The position numbers and the translations under genes are program-made. A DNA stretch of 62,077 nt from a virus (lineage: Duplodnaviria; Caudoviricetes): positions 1 to 62,077 of IMG/VR virus record IMGVR_UViG_3300029319_000038. One strand, given 5' to 3'. Shown piece by piece: positions 29,531 to 39,445 of this stretch (its first letter is position 1; every line of letters begins with the position of its first letter). Under the pieces are notes generated by a model. That model did not search any database, was not told where the DNA came from, and saw only the letters and a list, made by a program, of their open reading frames with translations.

Positions 29531-29764
29531 ATGAACGAAGAAACTAAAAACAATGCACTTGAATATATCAAAGCTTTGGCTGCTATTGAAGAAGAGATGG
29601 AGCCTTATAAAGAGCACAAGAGGGAGCTAAGATCAAACTACATCAAGCAAGGCTTCTTGACGCGAGATGAAATGCGCACTGCCACCCGAGCTTTTCGTAT
29701 GATCAAAAAAGGCGATAGCTTAGAAGACTTGGTTGATGTTTTTAATACTTTAACTAATAAATAA
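29531..29764 (+). CDS. Small helical putative DNA-binding protein (DsbA/GapR-like)
   Basis: Strong GGAGG RBS; coiled-coil followed by a basic helix; family call tentative. Confidence 0.5.
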   Translation: MNEETKNNALEYIKALAAIEEEMEPYKEHKRELRSNYIKQGFLTRDEMRTATRAFRMIKKGDSLEDLVDVFNTLTNK

Positions 29765-29773
29765 GGAAAACAA

Positions 29774-30043
29774 ATGTTGATACCATTTAACAAACACTTG
29801 ATTGTAAAGCCAGCAGAAGAAAACACAGAGACTAGCTCTGTTCTGCTTCCAGAAGGAGTCGAGATCAAAAGACAGACTTATAAGCCATATAAGGTCATGC
29901 AGAAGCCCAGCAACTCAACGCTGCAGCGTGATGAGATTGTAATTGTGCCTGAACATATGGTCGAACGTTTGGATTGTTTTGGTAACGAATACTATTTAGT
30001 TTTGGAAAATCACGTAGTTGCTATTTATCAACCAACAGACTAG
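29774..30043 (+). CDS. groES: Co-chaperonin GroES-like
   Basis: LIPFNKHLIVKP.EE..TSSVLLP mobile-loop pattern; EYYLVLENHVVAI C-terminus. Confidence 0.65.
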   Translation: MLIPFNKHLIVKPAEENTETSSVLLPEGVEIKRQTYKPYKVMQKPSNSTLQRDEIVIVPEHMVERLDCFGNEYYLVLENHVVAIYQPTD

Positions 30044-30053
30044 GTATTAGACC

Positions 30054-30701
30054 ATGAACACATTAACAATATTATCAATGACAGTACTTTCTGCTTTTAT
30101 GCCGCTTAATCGGGATTATGCTAGCACAAAATTTGTTGATCCAATTGAGATCTCATATGAAAACTCTGTAACTTATGACGAGATACATGATGAAGCCATT
30201 TTTAATTGTCCTTGGTCCAAGCAAATGACTGAGAAGAAAGAGAAGATTGTTTCACTGTTAATCAAGATCGAGATGGAGCAAAATTTGCCAAGTAATCTTC
30301 GAGGCATGTTGGTTGCTGCAGCTTGCCACGAGTCTGGTTTTGAAGTTAATGCAAAGGGTGACTACAGGAAAGGCAAGCCAATGGCTTTAGGTTTATTTCA
30401 AATGTGGCCATGGTGGGAGAAAGCTTATAAGATTGATCGTAAAGATCCTGAACAGTCTGCCGTGGCTTACATTAAGCATATTAAAAAAATGTATGCAAAA
30501 GTTGGTCGTCAATGCAACAGCAAGACTCTGACTAGAAAATGGCTAGCCGCCTGGGCAACTGCAATCCGCGCTCCAAAAAAGGGCGGGAGATGCAATGAAA
30601 CCCCTCTTTTTTATAAAGTCGTTAAAAAATGGCACAAGAATATTAAAGCAGCGCGACTTGAAAACGAGAGGCGTTTTAAAGATGGAATTGACGGCTGCTA
30701 A
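30054..30701 (+). CDS. Lytic transglycosylase (SLT-like) with N-terminal signal/anchor
   Basis: AACHESGF...A.GD, ALGLFQM, DPEQS motifs; late motif at 29991. Confidence 0.65.
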   Translation: MNTLTILSMTVLSAFMPLNRDYASTKFVDPIEISYENSVTYDEIHDEAIFNCPWSKQMTEKKEKIVSLLIKIEMEQNLPSNLRGMLVAAACHESGFEVNAKGDYRKGKPMALGLFQMWPWWEKAYKIDRKDPEQSAVAYIKHIKKMYAKVGRQCNSKTLTRKWLAAWATAIRAPKKGGRCNETPLFYKVVKKWHKNIKAARLENERRFKDGIDGC

Positions 30702-31308
30702 CATAGTCATAGGGGCTGACATTAATGCAGTCCGTTTTGCTTATAAAAACAAGTATTTCTTAATTAAAAATAGAAAGCCTTACCATCACTCTTATGAAGA
30801 TATTGAAGAAGAATGGGCGCAGAAATGCTACGAGTTGTTTGAGCAAGGATTATGTCCCTTAACCGACGGTCTGCAAGCTATTAGAGTTGAAGATAACAAC
30901 ACTTTAAAAGTTGTAACAAACAATAATTGTGTCGCTATAAAATATGAAAAATTACATCTGTACGACGATGAAAATGTCCAAGGTGTATCTCTCAACAGAG
31001 AACTAAAAGGCTACAGAGTTATCGATTGGTTTGATTGTACGGGCTTATATAATTTAAACATCGACAAGATTACAACGGCAGACAAGTTTGTTTCAAAAGT
31101 TACTCTCTTTATGTCTAAAAGAATTGATGGCAACAACAAATATCTTGACTTGCTTTGCGAGTCTTTTTTAACACAAAAGCAGTTATCCGATTTTAACTAC
31201 AGCGATACAATGGCAAGGTTTAAAATTAAAAATTTACTAAAAAGCTTTAAAGGTGATAAAGTAACACTTAAGTTCTGGAAACGTGATATCTACCCAGTGT
31301 ATAAATGA
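30682..31308 (+). CDS. Hypothetical protein (possible degenerate Rossmann start)
   Basis: NIVIGA near N-terminus; overlap-coupled with neighbours. Confidence 0.55.
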   Translation: MELTAANIVIGADINAVRFAYKNKYFLIKNRKPYHHSYEDIEEEWAQKCYELFEQGLCPLTDGLQAIRVEDNNTLKVVTNNNCVAIKYEKLHLYDDENVQGVSLNRELKGYRVIDWFDCTGLYNLNIDKITTADKFVSKVTLFMSKRIDGNNKYLDLLCESFLTQKQLSDFNYSDTMARFKIKNLLKSFKGDKVTLKFWKRDIYPVYK

Positions 31309-32150
31309 AACATCTTGCAGGAATCATTCCGGTCTCCGGTATTAAATCTGATTTTAATATGCCATGGCACTCGTCTTTGATGCCGCTCGCTCCTGGCTAT
31401 TTAGCTGTAGAGCGCGCAGTTGTTGAGTGTGCTTACGCAGGATGCGACACTATATGGATCGTATGCGGCGACGACGTAGAGCCCCTAATTAGATATCAGG
31501 TCGGAGAGATTGTACAGGATCCAGTTTACAACTACAGGCATTTTGAAAGAAACAAGCAGGAAGTTAAAAGACCTATAAGAATTTATTATGTCCCAATAAA
31601 GATTAGAGACATTAACAAAAGAGACAACTTGGCTTGGTCTGCTATTCATGGCGCGCAAGTCAGCAACAAAATATTGGGTAAGCTTAGCCATCGTTTAGCT
31701 CCAGAAAAATTTTGGATATCGTGGGCTTATGGTTTTTCTTATCCTAGCAACGTTAGAAATTTAAGGCAGGATATAGTACAAAAAAATGTTATGCTGTCTT
31801 ATCAAGATAATACCGTAATGGAGAATACGTACCTTGGTTTTTCTTTAAATATAGAACAAATTAAACAGCTTATAGCTGAATCTAAAACAAGATCGACAGG
31901 CTTGTGGAAAGATCCTGAAAATAGGGGCGAGAGATATTCATTAGATGAAAGATATTCATATAAAAATTTTGATTTAAAAAAAGTGTTTGAAACTTTAGAT
32001 CGGTGTAGTTATAATGTTGTTGAAGTTGGCGAGTATTACAATTTAGACAACTGGAAAAGCTACTGCAGTTTTTTAAATACTAAAAGTGATCTAACTAGAC
32101 CAAAACTACTAACGCCTTCGGAATGGAATGAGATTGGATTTGACGAATAA
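31305..32150 (+). CDS. Nucleotidyltransferase-like (NTP_transferase fold) protein
   Basis: AGIIPVSG....F..P....LMPL, AV.EC..AGC.TIWIV. Confidence 0.55.
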   Translation: MKHLAGIIPVSGIKSDFNMPWHSSLMPLAPGYLAVERAVVECAYAGCDTIWIVCGDDVEPLIRYQVGEIVQDPVYNYRHFERNKQEVKRPIRIYYVPIKIRDINKRDNLAWSAIHGAQVSNKILGKLSHRLAPEKFWISWAYGFSYPSNVRNLRQDIVQKNVMLSYQDNTVMENTYLGFSLNIEQIKQLIAESKTRSTGLWKDPENRGERYSLDERYSYKNFDLKKVFETLDRCSYNVVEVGEYYNLDNWKSYCSFLNTKSDLTRPKLLTPSEWNEIGFDE

Positions 32151-33006
32151 AAATATACTATCAGCCATTGGAAATACGCCACTGGTTAAAATTAATGAAA
32201 AACTTTATGCGAAGCTTGAGACATACAACCCAACCGGCTCAATAAAAGATCGGATAGCTCTTTATATATTATCAAAGGCAGAGTGGAGAGGCGAGATTAA
32301 GCCTGGAGATACAATCGTTGAGGCGACAAGCGGCAACACTGGGATAGCTTTTTCAATGATCGGTGCTGTTAAAGGCTACAAGGTAAAAATTATTATGCCT
32401 TGTAACATGTCGGAAGAGCGCAAACAAATGATGAAGCTCTTTGGCGCTGAGGTTATTGAGGTCGGACACTCCGACTTTGCTAATGCCATACATTTACGAA
32501 ATCAAATGTCTTCGCAGGAAGGTTATTGGTCTCCACGTCAGTTTGAAAACCTAGACAACATTGAGTGTCATGCCGAAACAACAGCCAGAGAAATCATTAA
32601 GCAGCTTTTTGTTGAGGAGCAAAAAAATATCGGCGCATTGATTTGTGGTGCAGGCACAGGTGGCACTATTATGGGGTGCAACAAGACTCTCATTAAGCTA
32701 GATAAGGGAATGAAGACTGTATTGGTACAACCAGAAGAAGACGCACAAACGCATGGTATTCAAGGTATTAATGATGGAGCAGACTTTTTGGTTGATCGTT
32801 CCATTCTAACTGATGAAATAAAAGTCTCTACGCAAGACGCGACTGATAGAGCGAGAAAACTAGCAAAGGAGTCTGGCTATCTTGTCGGCATTTCAGCAGG
32901 CGCAAACATACTCGCTGCCGAAAGGTGGCTAGAGTCAAACGAAATTAATGGCGCAGCGATTACTTTTCTTTGTGATCGTGGCGAGCGCTATATGAGTTTA
33001 CTTTAG
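32128..33006 (+). CDS. cysK: Cysteine synthase (PLP-dependent, CysK/CysM family)
   Basis: IGNTPL, KLE.YNPTGSIKDR, EATSGNTG, GAGTGGT, IQGI, DRGERY. Confidence 0.9.
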   Translation: MRLDLTNKNILSAIGNTPLVKINEKLYAKLETYNPTGSIKDRIALYILSKAEWRGEIKPGDTIVEATSGNTGIAFSMIGAVKGYKVKIIMPCNMSEERKQMMKLFGAEVIEVGHSDFANAIHLRNQMSSQEGYWSPRQFENLDNIECHAETTAREIIKQLFVEEQKNIGALICGAGTGGTIMGCNKTLIKLDKGMKTVLVQPEEDAQTHGIQGINDGADFLVDRSILTDEIKVSTQDATDRARKLAKESGYLVGISAGANILAAERWLESNEINGAAITFLCDRGERYMSLL

Positions 33007-33024
33007 TAAAATTGTTGGTATAAT
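32997..33024 (+). promoter_or_regulatory. Sigma70-like promoter TTTACT-N16-TATAAT (extended -10)
   Basis: Perfect -10 with TG; upstream of dnaE. Confidence 0.75.
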
Positions 33025-33040
33025 AAGTCAAGAGGTAAAG

Positions 33041-36000
33041 ATGGAAAGAATGAAAAGTAGTGTTCCTTTTGTGGGCTTGCACGCACATAGCGTCGCAGGC
33101 TCTGTTTTTGATGGGTTTGGATACCCACAAGATCATATGGACTTCGCATATGAAAATGGCATGAGTGCCTTAGCTTTAACTGATCACGGCAACATGAATG
33201 GTTTGTCATATCAGATTCTTCATGCAAAGAAGATGAAAGCTAGTGGCAAAGAGTTCAAGCCTATCTTTGGTGTCGAGGCATATTTTGTCCCATCCGTTGA
33301 GGAATGGAAGCAAGAGTATGAGAAGATTAAACAAGATAAAAAAGAAGCAAGAAAGCAAATTCAAGATACAGACAAGGTAGAGGCTGAGGACGAGAACGCC
33401 ACAAAGCAAAAGTCTAAAAGCAAGATTAATTCATATAGGCATCTTGTTTTGATTGCCATGAATCAGACTGGCTTAAACAATATCTTCAAGCTGGTGTCAG
33501 ATTCACATCAAGGTGACAACTTTTATCGCAAACCCCGTATCGACTACAAGCTTCTCAAAAAATATGGCGATGGCATTATTGCGTCCTCTGCGTGTCTTGG
33601 CGGTGTATATGCTAAAGACTATTGGAATAACCGCGATGCAGGCAGAGAAGCTGTTCTGGAGGCTATGAGAGAAACAACACGCCGGATGCAAGATTGCCTG
33701 GGCGATCGTTGGTATGGAGAGCTACAATGGAACAATGTGCCTGAGCAGCATGAGCTAAACCAGTATGTTATTGAAATGCATAATGAGTTTGGCATTGAGT
33801 TGATCTCTACTGCTGACAGTCACTATCCTAATCCACAGGCTTGGAAAGATCGAGAGCTTTATAAGCGTCTGGGCTGGCTTGGATCAAAGAAGCCAGAGTA
33901 TGCCAACAACGAGCTGCCTGTTGACGTTGACGAGCTTGGCATGGAATTATATCCTAAAAACGGCGATCAAATGTGGGAGTCTTACAAAAAATATTCTGAG
34001 GAGTGTCAATCAGTTTATAATGATGATTTGATTTTGGATTCAATTACCAAGACTCACTGGATTGCCCACGAGCGTGTTGAGGACTTTATGCCGGATGACA
34101 CTGTTCGTCTGCCTGGCTTTGTTGTCCCTGACGGCGCAGATGCAGCAGAGACTCTCATAAAAGAATCGATCGCAGGTCTGCGCAAGTTTAATCTTCATGA
34201 GGACAAAGAATATATTGATAGGCTTAAGCATGAGTTGACAGTGATTAACGAAAGGGGCTTTGGTAAGTATTTCCTTACAATGAAAGCAATTAGCGACACT
34301 GCCAATCGACATATGCTGTCTGGTCCCGGCAGAGGTTCCGCTGCTGGCTCTTTGGTGGCTTATGTGTTAGGCATCACTCAGGTTGATCCTATCAAGTACG
34401 GTCTACTGTTCAGTCGTTTCTTAAGGTCAGATGCTACTGACTATCCAGACATTGACTATGATGTTAGTGACGCATTTGGTCTCAAGGAGATTCTGGCTAA
34501 AGAGTGGGGCGACACAACAGTTGTGCCTATCTCTAATTTTAACACGCTGCAGCTGCGCTCTCTTATCAAAGACATCAGCAAGCTGTATGAGATTCCTTTT
34601 TCAGAGGTTAACTCTGTTACAAGCAAGATGGTTAAAGAGGCAACTCCAAAAGCAAAGGCTGACCATGGAATTAAAGCTGGTATGTACGTGCCAACCTTTG
34701 AAGAGGTTATGAAATATTCAGAGTCTTTGATTACTTTCATGAAGAAGTATCCTGATGTTAAAACACATGTTGAGGCTCTCGTTGGTCAAGTGCGCTCCAC
34801 AAGTCGACATGCTGGCGGTGTTGTGATTGGCGAAGACTTAGATAAACATATGCCCTTGATTTGTTCAGGTGGTGTGGTGCAGACGCCATGGTCTGAGGGT
34901 CAGAACGTCAGGCACCTAGAGCCTCTAGGCTTCATCAAGTTTGATCTGCTTGGTTTATCAACACTAGAAATGATTGAGGGTGCCATCAGGCACATTCTAA
35001 AGCGCAAGCAAGGCATCGATAATCCAACATTCGATCAAGTAAAAGATTATTATGACACCTTTCTGCATCCTGACAGGATCGATCTAAGCGATCAAAAGGT
35101 TTATAAAAATATCTTTCACAAGGGTAAGTTTGCCGGTGTCTTCCAGTTTACAAACGCTGGTGCACAAAGGTTCTGTCAGAATGCAAAGCCAAACAATATT
35201 ATTGATATCTCTGCTATTACATCTATCTACCGTCCAGGTCCGCTATCGGCAAAAGTTGACAGAGATTATGTTAAAGCAAAGAAGAAAAGAAAGTTGACTT
35301 TTGTTAACGAAATTGTTGAAGAGATTACAAAAGAGACAGCTGGCTTCCTTATCTTTCAAGAGCAAATCGCTTTGCTAGCTCACAAGCTGGGCAAAGATAT
35401 TACACTAGAGGAAGGTAACAAGCTGAGAAAACTTTTAACTAAGAAAGGTACAGGCAAAGGCTTTGAAGAGAAAGACAGTATTAAAGATAGATTTATTGAA
35501 GGGTGCATTGAAAAGAAGATGGATCAAGTTACTGCTGAGAAAATGTGGCAGAACTTTGAATACTTCTCTGGATATGGCTTCAATAAGTCACACGCTATCG
35601 CCTACTCTATCCTTTCGTATCAGTGCGCATGGCTCTTAAATTATCATCCTGAGTGTTGGATGGCTGCTTTCTTAGACAAAGAGCCAGAGGCAAGAAAATC
35701 AGCAGCAATCTCACTAGCACAAAAGTATGGATTTTTTATTGAGACCATCAATATTAACACTTCAACAAGAGAGTGGGAGATTGGCGATGATGATCAAACT
35801 TTAATTCAGCCGTTTAGTTCAATCAAGGGCTTGGGTGATAAAGCTATTGATCAGATAATTCAAAACAGACCATTTGAAAAAATAGAGGATATCTTATTTA
35901 ACAAAGATATTGTTCAAGCGAAGCTCAACAAGAGAGCTTTAGATGTTCTGTGCAGGTCTGGTGCTCTAGATACAATCGTCGATGAACGCTTTACTGGCTG

Positions 36001-36466
36001 CAAGCATTTTTGGATGTCTTGCATACAAGATAGACCAAAGACTGAGAAGAAGCTGGTTGAAAATATTGAGCTTTATTCTCCTGAAGAAGATTTTACAAGA
36101 GAGGAAAAGATTGGCTATGTATCTGATTTGACAGGTCAATTTCCTTTTGATCTTGTAATGACAAAGGAGATAAGAGATGCGATAAGCAATCATCGTGTAC
36201 CTCCGGTGGCTGAGTGGGACAAAGATTTAAAAGTTGCATGGTTTATCCCGCGAGATGTAATTGTTAAGAAAACAAAAAACGGTAAACTTTATTGGATCTT
36301 AAAAGTAATTGATGAAACTTCCACAATGACGTCAATCAAATGTTGGGGTGTCTCGGAAACTGACCAGATTTATATTAATAAGCCTTACTTGGCAAAATTA
36401 GACTATAGCGAGGACTGGGGCTTCAGCACACGATCTGTTCGTCATACATTTAGGATGCTAGGATAA
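33041..36466 (+). CDS. dnaE: DNA polymerase III alpha subunit (family C)
   Basis: PHP motifs HAHS/TDHG/ADSHY, GRGSAAGS, PDIDYD, HAGGV, KFDLLGL, FNKSH; no intein apparent. Confidence 0.95.
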   Translation: MERMKSSVPFVGLHAHSVAGSVFDGFGYPQDHMDFAYENGMSALALTDHGNMNGLSYQILHAKKMKASGKEFKPIFGVEAYFVPSVEEWKQEYEKIKQDKKEARKQIQDTDKVEAEDENATKQKSKSKINSYRHLVLIAMNQTGLNNIFKLVSDSHQGDNFYRKPRIDYKLLKKYGDGIIASSACLGGVYAKDYWNNRDAGREAVLEAMRETTRRMQDCLGDRWYGELQWNNVPEQHELNQYVIEMHNEFGIELISTADSHYPNPQAWKDRELYKRLGWLGSKKPEYANNELPVDVDELGMELYPKNGDQMWESYKKYSEECQSVYNDDLILDSITKTHWIAHERVEDFMPDDTVRLPGFVVPDGADAAETLIKESIAGLRKFNLHEDKEYIDRLKHELTVINERGFGKYFLTMKAISDTANRHMLSGPGRGSAAGSLVAYVLGITQVDPIKYGLLFSRFLRSDATDYPDIDYDVSDAFGLKEILAKEWGDTTVVPISNFNTLQLRSLIKDISKLYEIPFSEVNSVTSKMVKEATPKAKADHGIKAGMYVPTFEEVMKYSESLITFMKKYPDVKTHVEALVGQVRSTSRHAGGVVIGEDLDKHMPLICSGGVVQTPWSEGQNVRHLEPLGFIKFDLLGLSTLEMIEGAIRHILKRKQGIDNPTFDQVKDYYDTFLHPDRIDLSDQKVYKNIFHKGKFAGVFQFTNAGAQRFCQNAKPNNIIDISAITSIYRPGPLSAKVDRDYVKAKKKRKLTFVNEIVEEITKETAGFLIFQEQIALLAHKLGKDITLEEGNKLRKLLTKKGTGKGFEEKDSIKDRFIEGCIEKKMDQVTAEKMWQNFEYFSGYGFNKSHAIAYSILSYQCAWLLNYHPECWMAAFLDKEPEARKSAAISLAQKYGFFIETININTSTREWEIGDDDQTLIQPFSSIKGLGDKAIDQIIQNRPFEKIEDILFNKDIVQAKLNKRALDVLCRSGALDTIVDERFTGCKHFWMSCIQDRPKTEKKLVENIELYSPEEDFTREEKIGYVSDLTGQFPFDLVMTKEIRDAISNHRVPPVAEWDKDLKVAWFIPRDVIVKKTKNGKLYWILKVIDETSTMTSIKCWGVSETDQIYINKPYLAKLDYSEDWGFSTRSVRHTFRMLG

Positions 36467-36747
36467 TGGGAAGTTTAAAAAGAAAAATGGCTCGTAAAAG
36501 AGCCAAAAGATTAAAAAAAGACATGAAAGACCAACTACTTATGTTTGATAAACTACCAGACAACTGTTTGGCTTGTGAGAAAGAATTTGATAAAAAATCA
36601 AAAGAACACGCGATGACATGGAGTGTGGTAGTTAGGGAAGAAGAAAAAGTAGTCAGGCTATATTGCCCAGATTGTTGGGGTATGGCTCGTGACTTAGTTA
36701 AGCAGGTGCAAGAAAATGAAGAGACAAAAAAAGACAGTAGCCCTTAG
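36466..36747 (+). CDS. Small CxxC...CxxC zinc-binding protein
   Basis: CLAC and CPDC; basic N-terminus. Confidence 0.7.
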   Translation: MGSLKRKMARKRAKRLKKDMKDQLLMFDKLPDNCLACEKEFDKKSKEHAMTWSVVVREEEKVVRLYCPDCWGMARDLVKQVQENEETKKDSSP

Positions 36748-37156
36748 TGGAGGCTTTGATCCACCAAACGCAGCGCATGTTGCTATGATTTTAGACGCAG
36801 CCAATATGGGTGACGTGATTATTATTCTTAATAGTGATGAGTGGTGTGCGAGACATCGATGGAATAAAAAGAATTTTATTGACTGGGAGATGAGAAAGAA
36901 TATATTAATGGAGATCCCTGGAGTTAAAGATGTCATTGCAGTTGATGATAGTGACGACACAGTTTGTGCGGCTCTACAAGAGCTTAAGCCAGATTACTTT
37001 GGTAATGGCGGCAACAGAACAGTGCAAAACACCCCAGAGGTTGAGTTGTGTAGAGAGCTTAATATTGGAACTGTTTGGTTTTTAGGCAACACGGTGACAG
37101 ACCAAGCTTCTCAGATTATTAACGAGGCTGTAAGAAAAGCTCATGGAATTGTATAA
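36716..37156 (+). CDS. Cytidylyltransferase-family (HIGH-like) protein
   Basis: LSGGFDP...HV, ILNSD, LKPDYF.NGG.R. Confidence 0.8.
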   Translation: MKRQKKTVALSGGFDPPNAAHVAMILDAANMGDVIIILNSDEWCARHRWNKKNFIDWEMRKNILMEIPGVKDVIAVDDSDDTVCAALQELKPDYFGNGGNRTVQNTPEVELCRELNIGTVWFLGNTVTDQASQIINEAVRKAHGIV

Positions 37157-37165
37157 GGAGTAAAA

Positions 37166-37741
37166 ATGATTTTAGAGTATACCAAAAGAAAAGATGCGAA
37201 AGCACCAGAGCGAGCAAACCCAAGTGATGCCGGCTTGGATGTCTTCTATAATCCAGAAGATCCAAAAGTCGTAAGCTGCAGTATTAAACCAGGAGAGAAC
37301 ATGTTGTTACCAACTGGTCTTAAGTTTGGCATCCCTCATGGTTATATGTTGCAAGTTTGCAATCGTTCAAGCATGGGTGCCAAGCGGTCTCTTGTTGTAG
37401 GGGCGCATATCGTAGACAGCGGCTATGACGGAGAGGTGTTCATTGACTTGCACAATATTGGAACAGAAACACAATATATTGATAAAGGTGCAAAGATAGC
37501 TCAACTTGTGATGGTGCCAGTTGTGCATTTTAGAGCACGCCAGGTTGATGAAGATTCTTTATACACTGATGACATTAGCATGTCAAATCGAGGTGATGGT
37601 TCTTTAGGCAGCACTGATAGCAATCGAACAAATGGTCTTTGCCCTCCTTCGACATTTACTTCAGAGCCAAAAAAGTTTGATAGCATACGTGAGCAGGTTA
37701 CTGAGAGCTGGATTAGTAGCTGGCTTCCAAATGGGTTTTAA
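37166..37741 (+). CDS. dut: dUTPase (trimeric)
   Basis: DAGLD, RSS, VDSGYDGE, IAQLV, RGDG.LGST. Confidence 0.92.
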   Translation: MILEYTKRKDAKAPERANPSDAGLDVFYNPEDPKVVSCSIKPGENMLLPTGLKFGIPHGYMLQVCNRSSMGAKRSLVVGAHIVDSGYDGEVFIDLHNIGTETQYIDKGAKIAQLVMVPVVHFRARQVDEDSLYTDDISMSNRGDGSLGSTDSNRTNGLCPPSTFTSEPKKFDSIREQVTESWISSWLPNGF

Positions 37742-37750
37742 GAGGTTGAC

Positions 37751-38767
37751 ATGAAACAAACTTATTCTTTTGATGATGTTCTACTAGTCCCACAATACAG
37801 CAGTATTGAATCAAGATCTGAAGTCAGTATGGACTGCAACTTAGGTGAATTTAATTTTAGTTTACCAGTGATCTCTAGTCCGATGGATACTGTTACAGAG
37901 GCGGGCATGGTCAAAGCCATGTCTAAAGTCGGGGGGCTTGGTATCATACACAGATATAACAGCATGGAAGAGCAAGCTAGAATTGTTGCTCATGCTCGAA
38001 TGTCTGGCTGTGAAAATATTGGTGCAGCGATAGGTGTTACCGGTGAATACTTAGATAGAGCCATGTGCCTTGTTGAGGCTGGCGCAAATATTCTCTGTGT
38101 CGATGTAGCGCACGGACACCATGCGATGATGCGCTCTGCTTTGGAGCAGTTAAAAAACACGCTGGGCGATAAGACTCATATCATGGCAGGCAATGTTGCA
38201 ACGCTCGAAGCGTTCGAAGCTTTAGCTGGTTGGGGCGCTGATTCAATCAGGGTAGGTATTGGTGGAGGTTCTATTTGCTCAACAAGAATTGTTACTGGTC
38301 ACGGTGTACCAACTTTTCAGAGTATATTAGAGTGCGCGCAAACTAGTTATGACACTAAAATCATTGCCGATGGTGGAATTAAAACCAGTGGTGATATTGT
38401 AAAAGCTCTGGCTGCAGGCGCTGATTTTGTAATGATTGGGTCCATGCTGTCTGGCACCGAAGAAACTCCTGGCGAGGCTCTAGTGAATGCAAAAGGCGAA
38501 AAATACAAAGAATACAGAGGCATGGCTTCAAAAAAAGCGCAAAGAGAGTGGCGTGGCAAAAGCTCCACTCCAGAGGGCGTATCAGCTATGGTGCCTTTTA
38601 AAGGACCCGTTAATGATATCCTTCAAGATATCTCTGGTGGTATTCGCTCTGGCTTGTCTTACACAGGGGTACGCTCTTTACAAGAGTTACAAAATAAAAG
38701 ACGCTTCATTCTACAATCCAGTGCGGCTCAACTTGAAAGTAACACCCATATTCTCTGGAGAAGATAG
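37751..38767 (+). CDS. guaB: IMP dehydrogenase / GMP reductase family (no CBS domains)
   Basis: [45 protein letters not shown]. Confidence 0.88.
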   Translation: MKQTYSFDDVLLVPQYSSIESRSEVSMDCNLGEFNFSLPVISSPMDTVTEAGMVKAMSKVGGLGIIHRYNSMEEQARIVAHARMSGCENIGAAIGVTGEYLDRAMCLVEAGANILCVDVAHGHHAMMRSALEQLKNTLGDKTHIMAGNVATLEAFEALAGWGADSIRVGIGGGSICSTRIVTGHGVPTFQSILECAQTSYDTKIIADGGIKTSGDIVKALAAGADFVMIGSMLSGTEETPGEALVNAKGEKYKEYRGMASKKAQREWRGKSSTPEGVSAMVPFKGPVNDILQDISGGIRSGLSYTGVRSLQELQNKRRFILQSSAAQLESNTHILWRR

Positions 38768-39105
38768 TGAAGGACCCTACCGTCCCATCCGCAGATAATA
38801 GAAAGAAGATCATGTTTTATGATTCTGAAGACAGGCAAAATAAACTGCGCATTAGATGTGATTTTGATGGCATAACACAGTCCCAGTTCTTTCGTATGAT
38901 GCTTACTGGATACATTGAAAAAGATCCGCTAGTTTATGAATTTTTAAAACAATGCAAAGAAAAATATCAGGGGCAAGGTGTGCAAAAAAGAAATAAGATA
39001 GAGCAAATTAAGAAAGCCGCTGATAAAATAACAAAGATGTTTGCTCTCAACGAAGAAGAGAAAGAAGACATATTCGATATTATCGAAACAGAAACAGGAA
39101 TATAA
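38767..39105 (+). CDS. Hypothetical protein (possible ribbon-helix-helix)
   Basis: KKIMFY...LRIRC..DGITQSQFFR. Confidence 0.6.
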   Translation: MKDPTVPSADNRKKIMFYDSEDRQNKLRIRCDFDGITQSQFFRMMLTGYIEKDPLVYEFLKQCKEKYQGQGVQKRNKIEQIKKAADKITKMFALNEEEKEDIFDIIETETGI

Positions 39106-39107
39106 TA

Positions 39108-39407
39108 ATGAGCAAAAGATACAATAGTTTTAATTTACCTCAATTTGGTGCGAGCAAAGGATTAAAAAAATGTGCAAAAGCATGCATGGATTTGGACACA
39201 GCTTGTCCTAGTGAAAATTCTGATTGTCGTTTCTGGTTGAATTATGAACCTGATTTAAACTGTGTTTTAATAACAACTCTGGACAACAAAAATTATAGTC
39301 TGCGTGAAACGGCAGATCGCTTAGGCATCAGCTTTGTTAGGGTGAAGCAAATAGAAGATAAGGCACTGAAAAAAATAAGTCATTTATTAAAAGATGAAGC
39401 TATTTAG
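39108..39407 (+). CDS. Stand-alone sigma70 region-4-like HTH protein with Cys-rich N-terminus
   Basis: SLRETADRLGISFVRVKQIEDKALKKI; C..C...CP...CR.W...C. Confidence 0.75.
   Translation: MSKRYNSFNLPQFGASKGLKKCAKACMDLDTACPSENSDCRFWLNYEPDLNCVLITTLDNKNYSLRETADRLGISFVRVKQIEDKALKKISHLLKDEAI
39399..39406 (+). promoter_or_regulatory. Late-type promoter motif GCTATTTA
   Basis: Upstream of the acidic internal-protein candidate. Confidence 0.55.
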
Positions 39408-39445
39408 AATGTATCTGCGGGATACTCTCAAGGAGTTATAACAAA

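Noticed and set aside
23724-36466. Inteins or introns in recA, dnaB, nrdJ, dnaE
   Set aside because: Lengths are ordinary, motifs are contiguous and no splice-junction pattern was seen
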